Shown here piece by piece: positions 56,529-64,000 of a stretch of 64,000 nt of DNA. Origin of the DNA: a virus (taxonomy: Duplodnaviria; Caudoviricetes); IMG/VR virus record IMGVR_UViG_3300015050_001523, positions 128,001-192,000 of that record. One strand, written 5' to 3'. Position 1 is the first letter of the stretch. Every line of letters starts with the position of its first letter. A program made the translations under genes and the position numbers. The notes beneath the pieces are model-generated. The model made no database searches. It saw nothing but the letters and a program-made list of their open reading frames with translations, and had not been told where the DNA came from.

Positions 56529-57410
56529 TTATAAGTTCCAAAGAGAAGGTTTATTATTTGCAATATCTTGCATTTCTGAATCGTCTTCAAATCCAAGATG
56601 CTTTAAGTAATCAGATGGAGACATTCCATTTTTTTGTGCAAGAGAAATAATTTGATTTCTTGTATCTTTTGGATACATCTTTAGCATTTGAATATCTTCT
56701 CGACGGTCTCGATTTCCCGTCGACACAATATCTCCAAGAGTTTTTGGACTTAGATGTTCCTCCCAGTCTGAGGCCATTTCGTCCTCCCATGTAAGGTCGT
56801 TCGGAGCATCCTTCCATTCATAATCATCATCATAAGGAGATGATTTGTCATCAAAATTTCTTCCTGTCCATGGGCCAGCTTCTGCCAAAGATAAAACAAC
56901 TCCATCAATATCCTCATCCTCATCGCCCATGTCATCCATATCCATGTCGTCATCCATATCCATATCATGTTGTTGATATTGAGGAGTTGCTGCGCCAAGT
57001 CGGCTTGGAGGAGTCATTGCAGGATTTTGTGACATAATTGGCATTCTTTCAGATTGGGCTTGTTTTTCTCCGCAACCACCGCCAGAATACACAGGAGCAG
57101 AAGAAGCTGCTGCAAAATTTGTTCCTCCTCCCATTTGAACATTTGCAGCATAAGCGCTATTACTATATTCAATATAATGTTTTACATCGCTTATGCTTTG
57201 TGATGCTTTAGAAATTTTATCTTCAACCCAATCAGGTGCTTCTGAATCTTTTGAAAGCATTGACATCAACTCTCCAGAATATTCATGAATTTTTGCCAAA
57301 TTTGCCATAAGCATATTTTCGCCACTTTCTGCACTACAAGCTGAGCACATTTCAAGTAGCGCGGTAAACTCATCATTTCCCATAAATTTGTTATTGTACG
57401 GTAATTCCAT
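56529..57410 (-). CDS. Acidic hypothetical protein (possible virion protein)
   Basis: APDWVEDKISKA...VKHYIEY motif; TATTTATA 3 nt upstream; terminator hairpin near 56487. Confidence 0.7.
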   Translation of the reverse strand: MELPYNNKFMGNDEFTALLEMCSACSAESGENMLMANLAKIHEYSGELMSMLSKDSEAPDWVEDKISKASQSISDVKHYIEYSNSAYAANVQMGGGTNFAAASSAPVYSGGGCGEKQAQSERMPIMSQNPAMTPPSRLGAATPQYQQHDMDMDDDMDMDDMGDEDEDIDGVVLSLAEAGPWTGRNFDDKSSPYDDDYEWKDAPNDLTWEDEMASDWEEHLSPKTLGDIVSTGNRDRREDIQMLKMYPKDTRNQIISLAQKNGMSPSDYLKHLGFEDDSEMQDIANNKPSLWNL

Positions 57411-57469
57411 AACTATAAATAGTTATATATCAAACAAAAAAACCTCTTGATATCAAGAGGTTTTAAAGA

Positions 57470-57610
57470 TTACTTTCCAAGAAGTATGTTTTGAATAAGC
57501 TTTAATTCATAAACTATAATATGGTCTCCACGTTCATGGAGCTTTTCAAGAGATTTAATCTTTTTGTCAATGTGAATAATTGTTTTAGCAATTTTATCTT
57601 TATCAGCCAT
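57470..57610 (-). CDS. 46-aa hypothetical protein, absent from track
   Basis: MADKDKIAKTIIHIDKKIKSLEKLHERGDHIIVYELKLIQNILLGK*; followed by a terminator hairpin near 57438. Confidence 0.45.
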   Translation of the reverse strand: MADKDKIAKTIIHIDKKIKSLEKLHERGDHIIVYELKLIQNILLGK

Positions 57611-57749
57611 TACCATATTTTTTTCGCTTTCCATTAAATCTAATCATAAGTATGGTTATTCGTTCCATTTATAATAAATATAAACTTTATTTAGTCCATA
57701 CATTGTAATCATTCCAATAATAAAAAATATTATTTTACTTAACATAAAT

Positions 57750-58238
57750 TTATACTTTAACAATTATATTATCTTTTTTAGCAAAAGGAGAATCTCCTTT
57801 TATAGAAAATCTTTGTTCTAGACTTGAATAGATATCAAGATATTCAAACAATCTATAGTTGTAGAACCCAAAATTTGCAAAAACGCCAGAATGTTTTTTG
57901 CACATAATGTGAGGAGAGACCCATGCAACAATACCTTCTCCTTCAATTTGTTTTGGTCCATTTAAACATTTATTCCAAATAAATGTTGTTGTCAAATATC
58001 CTTTATTGTCATGGCCATAACAAACAGAAGTAAATATTGGAATTCCTCCTTCTGCCACAACTCCTGTCTCTTCTTCTAGTTCTCTTTTTGCTGCTGATTC
58101 AAGAGTTTTGTCGGCAGCATCTACTTTTCCACCAGGAAGTCCAAAAATAGAATGATCATTTTTTCTTGAGGTTGCAAGAATTAATCCATCTGAGTTTATA
58201 ATAAGAGAACATACTGCTTTTGAATACTGTTGAATCAT
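57750..58238 (-). CDS. NUDIX hydrolase
   Basis: GLPGGKVD...AAKRELEEETG. Confidence 0.92.
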   Translation of the reverse strand: MIQQYSKAVCSLIINSDGLILATSRKNDHSIFGLPGGKVDAADKTLESAAKRELEEETGVVAEGGIPIFTSVCYGHDNKGYLTTTFIWNKCLNGPKQIEGEGIVAWVSPHIMCKKHSGVFANFGFYNYRLFEYLDIYSSLEQRFSIKGDSPFAKKDNIIVKV

Positions 58239-58304
58239 ATATTATTTCCGATAATAAAAATGGGACGATTTCTCGTCCCATCATCCCACAATCAAGATGG
58301 AATG

Positions 58305-59066
58305 TCAAGCCACACAAGATAGATCAATTTCAAGTCCATCATTTGTTATACTAACTTGAAATTTATCTCCAGAAACCCAATCTATACTATTCTCTGGTTT
58401 ATATTTAACACGTCCTCGGTCTCGGGTTAAATCATAAGCTTTTGTATTTTGACTTTCATTTAGAGTTACAGATACTTTATTTTTAGTTTCGTCAAATGCA
58501 ATATAAATTTTGTCTCCAAAAGCTATTGATTTTCCTGTTTTTTGCATAAAAGAATCAAAGGCTGCTCTTGGAATTGCAAGTCTATTATCTCCCTGAACAG
58601 TTGCCACAAGTTTTTCATTTCCATTATTTACAAATGAACGTTTTGGACCTTCGTTTTGCTGGCTTCCATATTCATCATATGGAAGAGATAAATCTCCTTG
58701 CGCTCTTGGAATTTCTACTTCAAATCTATGAGAGTTTGCAACATTGTAATTTTCTCCATAAACAAATACTTCCATATTCGCTGGGGTTCTTGTATTTCCC
58801 GATGTTCTTCGTGGAACATGGACAGCGACTGTGCAATCGTCATAACGACCATAGGTCATTGAACCATTATAATAGAGATCTCTCATAAACTGTCCTACAT
58901 CCCAGTGGCTAAATCTAAGATCTGGTCTGGCAATTCGAATTTCTCTAGTTATTTCCCCGGATGAAAAACATTCATAATTTTTTAATTTTTCATCTATAAC
59001 AATACAAACAGCATCTCTCCAAGTTTTTGTTTCTTCTAATGTTTCATTATAATTTAATTTACTCAT
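58305..59066 (-). CDS. Hypothetical protein coupled to the PARP-like gene
   Basis: ORF track; ATGA overlap with upstream gene. Confidence 0.75.
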   Translation of the reverse strand: MSKLNYNETLEETKTWRDAVCIVIDEKLKNYECFSSGEITREIRIARPDLRFSHWDVGQFMRDLYYNGSMTYGRYDDCTVAVHVPRRTSGNTRTPANMEVFVYGENYNVANSHRFEVEIPRAQGDLSLPYDEYGSQQNEGPKRSFVNNGNEKLVATVQGDNRLAIPRAAFDSFMQKTGKSIAFGDKIYIAFDETKNKVSVTLNESQNTKAYDLTRDRGRVKYKPENSIDWVSGDKFQVSITNDGLEIDLSCVA

Positions 59067-60733
59067 TTTAGTTCTCCTTCTACGATATATCTTATTCTTT
59101 GATAATTTTGATTGAAAATAATATGTTCATCATTTTCAAGATGTCCGCCAAATTTTCTAGTCTTTCCACCAACAGCAACAATGCTGTCTTTATTGTCAGG
59201 TGGTTCATTCCAACAATAGCTTTCTTTTGCCAAATGAGCATCTCCCATGATTACATCATTTAAGAACATGAAAAATCCACGATTTGCAACAGAACCTCCG
59301 CCACCATAAATTGCGGAGCCATGACCAGTATATCCATATGCTTTCCTCCAATCAGTTGCAAAATAAATTCCTGGTCCAAAAGCAGCTCCAGTAATAACAA
59401 CTCCTTTTCCTGCTAACTGTTTTGGCAATCTAAGATTTGTTGATAAAATCGGCTGCACATTTACAGCTCTTGTTCCATGAATTCCAAAAAAAACATTTGC
59501 ATTTTTTGCATAATCTGAAATATCTAAAATATCATTTCTATTATTTGGTTGCAAAATTGCTAAATTGGAATATCTTTTTTTATCATTCTTTTTTGCAACT
59601 TCTTTCACCTCTTTTATAAAAAGGTTATCAAATTTAGGTCTACTTACTTCAAATATATTTTTGATTTGAAGCTTTTGGCTTGACATATAGCCATGTCGAT
59701 TATTTGACATTGATTCAAAAGTCGATTTTAGCCATTTTCCTTTTACTGTTGACGGATCAATCCAAAGGATGTCAGCGCCAAGAACTTCATTCGGGTTTAT
59801 TCCAAATGCATCTTGTTCAACTTCTTCAAATAAATCTTCATTTTTTAGAGAAGATTCAAATGTATCTAAATCTTGTTGAATTTGGAGGATATTCTCAGAA
59901 GATAAAATAACAGCATTTTCTCGAACTTCTTTTGAGGCATATCTTGGGATTGGCCTTGGAACCAAAGCTGCAACAAGATTTGAAATATCAATTAAGTCTT
60001 TGTCTTTAACTTGTTTTTTAGGATCGTCTCCAATTTTAGAAAGTCTAGACATCGCAGCGCCAAGAAGATCGTCACGAACCTTTATGATACTTTCGATAGT
60101 TGGAACAACTCCAGTTGCAGCAGATGCATCTCTTGCATATTTCATTGTTCCTCCAGCCAATGACTTGGCCAGCTCAACAACTTGTAATTGGAAATTTTTT
60201 GTTGAGCTTTTTGATATCTTTTTCTTTGGCTTAGAGACAACTTCTTCAAGACCTGAAGAGTCCTTTATCAAATAAGCATCAGGAAGACCTCGTTCACGTG
60301 TCGCAAGAGACTGGACGATGTATCCATCTTTTCCATTCTTCCCAACCCAAATTTCCTTGCCGGCAATTGTTTTTTTCTCAAGGCGTTTTATATTTTTTTC
60401 ACGACATTTTTTTTGAAATTCATGTCGAGCCATTTCTTCAGAATCACATGGAATAAATTGAAAATCTTGGCCAGCAAACGCTGGACTCCATGACTTCCCA
60501 GAAAATACACGGCCCCATTCAAGATAAACAAACCATTTTGTTTTTGCCTGGACAACTCCTACATGATAATACTTAGCTTTGTTGGAGTCGCCAAACTGAT
60601 CAACGCAAGCCATATCAGAAATGCCGACATCTGAACCAAAATCATCTTGGTTTTTAGCCGGCCTTCCTTGATACTGAAAGTCGTTTACATTAAATCCAAT
60701 TGGAAATTCTTTTCGTCCTAATTTGTTTGCCAT
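59063..60733 (-). CDS. WGR-domain plus PARP-like ADP-ribosyltransferase, leaderless
   Basis: EWGRV; catalytic H-Y-E: IHGT, FGPGIYFA, ENDEHII; TGgTATAAT-N7-ATG. Confidence 0.85.
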   Translation of the reverse strand: MANKLGRKEFPIGFNVNDFQYQGRPAKNQDDFGSDVGISDMACVDQFGDSNKAKYYHVGVVQAKTKWFVYLEWGRVFSGKSWSPAFAGQDFQFIPCDSEEMARHEFQKKCREKNIKRLEKKTIAGKEIWVGKNGKDGYIVQSLATRERGLPDAYLIKDSSGLEEVVSKPKKKISKSSTKNFQLQVVELAKSLAGGTMKYARDASAATGVVPTIESIIKVRDDLLGAAMSRLSKIGDDPKKQVKDKDLIDISNLVAALVPRPIPRYASKEVRENAVILSSENILQIQQDLDTFESSLKNEDLFEEVEQDAFGINPNEVLGADILWIDPSTVKGKWLKSTFESMSNNRHGYMSSQKLQIKNIFEVSRPKFDNLFIKEVKEVAKKNDKKRYSNLAILQPNNRNDILDISDYAKNANVFFGIHGTRAVNVQPILSTNLRLPKQLAGKGVVITGAAFGPGIYFATDWRKAYGYTGHGSAIYGGGGSVANRGFFMFLNDVIMGDAHLAKESYCWNEPPDNKDSIVAVGGKTRKFGGHLENDEHIIFNQNYQRIRYIVEGELK

Positions 60734-60841
60734 ATTTAATATTATACCATATCGATGTTTTATTTTTGATTGTAACTAGTTGTAATTATTGATGAATTTG
60801 ACTAAATTTTACACACTTTTAACGCAGTAAATCATTATAAT

Positions 60842-61096
60842 TTATGTTGAAATTAAGATATGAGGAACTTTAGATTCATTGGTTGGAGAGGTTGGAGAAC
60901 CAAAAAGTTCATCAGGTTTATCAGATTTGACAGCCGGTACTACATTTACAAACTTGACTGGAAGGTGTTGTGGACCTTCCCAGCCTGTGTACAATAAAAC
61001 AGAAAAATTTAATTGTTCTTCTGAAAGCTGTAAAAGTCGCTCTAAAAGATCTTTTCCTGTTTTTATTCCCTTAATTTTTGTAGATTTTTTAGGCAT
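60842..61096 (-). CDS. Hypothetical protein
   Basis: TTGAAC-N17-TATGAC-N5-ATG. Confidence 0.7.
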   Translation of the reverse strand: MPKKSTKIKGIKTGKDLLERLLQLSEEQLNFSVLLYTGWEGPQHLPVKFVNVVPAVKSDKPDELFGSPTSPTNESKVPHILIST

Positions 61097-61143
61097 GACA
61101 AGTCATACCATACAAAGTCTGCATGTTCAAGAGCTTAAAATAA

Positions 61144-61554
61144 TCAAACTTTATTCAGTTTTTTTGCATCAATTTTAATAGATTTATTATTTTTTTGAGT
61201 TGAAGATTTTAAAATAACCTTTACTTCAATTTCTTTTTTATTAATATTGACTTCAATATCTTCAATCTTAATATTAATAGCAGAAGAATTTTCTATTCTT
61301 TTTTTAATTTCATTTGATATCGGAATAGATAATTGTTGATCATTAGAAGAAATAAGAGATGCGAATATTGTATATTCTTCATACTTCTCTTCATCTTTTA
61401 TGTAATCTTTTCTTTTTGAACTTGATTTACCAACAACTTTTCTTCTTGTAACACTTTCAATCGCTTCAATAATAATTTCTTCGATATTGATTCCATATCC
61501 TTGAGTTATTATTGCCTCATTTATAACTCCAAATCCGCGAGTAATTAAGGACAT
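61144..61554 (-). CDS. Hypothetical protein (virion-module associated)
   Basis: ORF track; LITRGFG/IITQGYG repeats. Confidence 0.7.
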   Translation of the reverse strand: MSLITRGFGVINEAIITQGYGINIEEIIIEAIESVTRRKVVGKSSSKRKDYIKDEEKYEEYTIFASLISSNDQQLSIPISNEIKKRIENSSAINIKIEDIEVNINKKEIEVKVILKSSTQKNNKSIKIDAKKLNKV

Positions 61555-61563
61555 AATTAATAA

Positions 61564-62949
61564 CTATGGAACAACTACTCTCTCTGCCGGGGCGTTTGGT
61601 TCGCTGAAGAATGGATCTCCTTCGGTATCAAATAAATTATATCTGATTACTTCTGTTGTATTATCTTCATCATAAAAAATCATTTGAGAACCATCAATAA
61701 TCCAGCGACCACATGTGACTCCTCTAATTTTATCAATTGATTGAGAGGTTATTAGCATTTTATTTTGAAGCCATCCCATTGTTCCTGATGTATTATTTGA
61801 GGAGGCTACGCGATCCCATACAGCTGTGGCTATAGCTTCATTATCCGCTTCAAATGAGCCACTAACTGTTCCATTGAATGAACCATCAACATTCAATGGA
61901 ACAACATTACAGTTTGCTCCGCTATTATCAACTAATTGACAAAGTCCTGCAACAGTTATAGTTCCAGATACACATGTAGGATCAATTGTGACAAGTCCAG
62001 AATTGCATTCAATATTGGCAATTCCAATATTGTTTGAAAAGTTTTTAAACAATAAATTTCCTGCAAAATTCTTAATATTGATTCGTGGATTTGTACAATT
62101 GTTGGCGTCAATTATTGGAAATAATGAACCAGATGTTGCATTTGAATGGCAATCAATAAAACTATAAGACTCTTCTTGGGTATTTAAAAGTGTAATTGTT
62201 CCACTAATTTCAGAGCCAATAACTGTTCCAACAAAATTAGACAAATTATATAATTTGGCCAATTCTATTTGAACAGTTCCACTTAAAATTCCTGTAGCAC
62301 TAATCGCCTTCGCAAACATTCCTTGTGTTGGACTTCCATCAAAATCAATTAATGAAAATTTTCTTCCTGCTCCCAAAATGTCATAATAAGAAAGAGAATT
62401 CCCAGAAATATCTATATTTCCTCTAAGACTAATTCTGTTTGGCATCGATCGATTTAATATAATTGATTGAGCATTTGTTAGATTATTTACAGGAGCACCA
62501 GGAGTACCTAAAGGAAATAATGTTCCTGCCTCTCCTGTGTCCGTATCAATCCAAACACGAGAATTAAGAAATGCTTGATTTTCTATTAATTTTGAATAAG
62601 TTAAGCCAGCAGTATTTGCTGATCGGATTGATACACTATTTACATTTGTTACGTCTGCTATATTTGAATTCGCGCCAACAAGATTTACAGCATAAGTACC
62701 GTTTTCAAACGTTATAGTATATCCATTAATAATTTCAACAACGCGGGCCAAGGTAACACCTGCAACTGTTACAGGCGCTGTATGATTGTGAGTTGTTAAT
62801 TCTGTGATTCCTTCTTCGCCTGCTTGTAATGAATTAAGTGCCAATCGAAACACATCAATATCTAATTCATAAATTCCTCCACCAAGATCTGTTAGATCTG
62901 CTTGGGGAATATTTATAACTTTGGTTGCCCATGTAATTGAAATAGCCAT
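61564..62949 (-). CDS. Probable virion (tail-associated, beta-rich) protein
   Basis: G/S/T/N-rich, beta-strand-like composition; C-terminal IA.AVWD motif. Confidence 0.6.
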   Translation of the reverse strand: MAISITWATKVINIPQADLTDLGGGIYELDIDVFRLALNSLQAGEEGITELTTHNHTAPVTVAGVTLARVVEIINGYTITFENGTYAVNLVGANSNIADVTNVNSVSIRSANTAGLTYSKLIENQAFLNSRVWIDTDTGEAGTLFPLGTPGAPVNNLTNAQSIILNRSMPNRISLRGNIDISGNSLSYYDILGAGRKFSLIDFDGSPTQGMFAKAISATGILSGTVQIELAKLYNLSNFVGTVIGSEISGTITLLNTQEESYSFIDCHSNATSGSLFPIIDANNCTNPRINIKNFAGNLLFKNFSNNIGIANIECNSGLVTIDPTCVSGTITVAGLCQLVDNSGANCNVVPLNVDGSFNGTVSGSFEADNEAIATAVWDRVASSNNTSGTMGWLQNKMLITSQSIDKIRGVTCGRWIIDGSQMIFYDEDNTTEVIRYNLFDTEGDPFFSEPNAPAERVVVP

Positions 62950-62954
62950 TTATT

Positions 62955-63281
62955 TTAATTCGCTTTCATTTTTTCAATAATTTGATTTGCGGCTTTTAGT
63001 TGAGTTTGCAAATTTAAAATTTGATTACTTAAATCTTGAATTTGTAAATTCCCTGAATTAAGTTGATTCGATACAATTGTTTTTTGAATCATTAATGCTT
63101 TTTCTGCATTTTCAAGAAGAGCTGTTTTCTTTTTTATTTCCACAGCCAAAGCATTTCTTTCTTTTTGCATAATATCTGCTGCATTGTTCATGGAACTAGC
63201 CAAATCTTTGAGATATGAAATCTTTTCTGAATCCTTTCTACTTTCAAATTCTTCACCAAATTTTATTCTTGGAATTTTCAT
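62955..63281 (-). CDS. Coiled-coil hypothetical protein
   Basis: ORF track; heptad-like pattern. Confidence 0.7.
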   Translation of the reverse strand: MKIPRIKFGEEFESRKDSEKISYLKDLASSMNNAADIMQKERNALAVEIKKKTALLENAEKALMIQKTIVSNQLNSGNLQIQDLSNQILNLQTQLKAANQIIEKMKAN

Positions 63282-63484
63282 AATATAATTCTCTTTCTAA
63301 AGATATTTATCTGCATCATATGTTTTTATGTTCTTTTGGCAATAATATCACATATCTATAGGTAAGATGCAAATTTATTCAAAGGATTTAGTTCAAAAAT
63401 GCTTTGGAATGATCTCAATTTTTAATATACAAAAATACAATATTGAGATAAACTAGTTTTAAGTTTTTAATAAAGGATTAATAA

Positions 63485-64000
63485 ATGGCGATAGCAGACG
63501 ACTTCTCGGTGGCAATTAATGGTGATATTCGGCACACATCTGGCACTACAAATTATACAGTATTGCAATTACACAGATTCTTACAAGGATTGGCGGATGA
63601 TACATCCGCCTCCGGTGATGATTTAGTCGATATTACAAGTGATACGCCATCAGAACGTTCAACTGACGCTATTATTACCCTACTCGGCGATTATAATATT
63701 GATGATGATGCTGCCGAGTATCTTTATGGTGGTTCGATTACACAAGACGGCGGCGCAACAGTATATTCTGGATTGCAGGTACTTGGTGCCGTTAATAATG
63801 CATCAACTCAATTGATGGTAATTCAGGACAACAAATTATATCAATTTACAACAACTCCAGCAACTCCATTTTGGGGAACTCAATCAGGCGGAGGATATAA
63901 TGGAGATGAAGCTGCCGGTATTTTAATGAGATGTTTAATTAAATCTCGTGTAAATGGAGTTGATATTAATAGAAAACGAATTAGAGTACAGGCTCGTCAT
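63485..64000 (+). CDS. Partial probable virion protein (MAIADDFSVAINGDIRHTSGTTNYTVLQLHRFLQ...), runs off 3' edge
   Basis: AAGGA SD; open frame to window end; not in the track because there is no stop. Confidence 0.75.
   Translation, partial: MAIADDFSVAINGDIRHTSGTTNYTVLQLHRFLQGLADDTSASGDDLVDITSDTPSERSTDAIITLLGDYNIDDDAAEYLYGGSITQDGGATVYSGLQVLGAVNNASTQLMVIQDNKLYQFTTTPATPFWGTQSGGGYNGDEAAGILMRCLIKSRVNGVDINRKRIRVQARH

Noticed and set aside
16630-64000. Stop-codon reassignment (genetic code 15 or 4)
   Set aside because: Long genes are intact in the standard code, TAG and TGA terminate real genes, and no suppressor tRNA (CTA/TCA anticodon) was found

Overview
This is a segment of a large (jumbo-type) tailed-phage genome with T4-superfamily traits: an rIIA/rIIB pair, a gp23-like paralogue and a big tRNA cluster. 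It has three zones. (1) 1-13.9 kb is a visibly GC-richer cassette array of about 30 small hypothetical genes. Nearly every intergenic space carries the same module: bidirectional terminator, TTATTAATTAATAA palindrome, sigma54-like -24/-12 box at fixed spacing, GCGCC-N3-GGCGC palindrome, then a sigma70-like promoter that mostly drives a leaderless gene. This zone also holds a 78-bp tandem repeat and an atypical tRNA-like gene. (2) 13.9-16.6 kb is essentially non-coding, with strand-asymmetric repeats, more sigma54-like boxes, a G-quadruplex motif and an AT-rich tract; it is a candidate terminus or origin. (3) 16.6-64 kb is AT-rich and almost all on the minus strand. It encodes accessory enzymes (2OG-Fe oxygenase, ATP-grasp, HD hydrolase, RNA ligase, dNMP kinase, AAA ATPase, metallophosphoesterase, vWA, GH25 lysozyme, two lipoprotein proteases, Sir2, HNHs, macrodomain, NUDIX, WGR-PARP), eight HRxDGPA-repeat paralogues and 26 tRNAs. 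It also encodes a Ro60/TROVE protein with seven Y-RNA-like genes and several unclassified structured RNAs. Probable virion genes begin at about 61 kb. All family assignments come from motif recognition by eye; no searches or folding programs were run.
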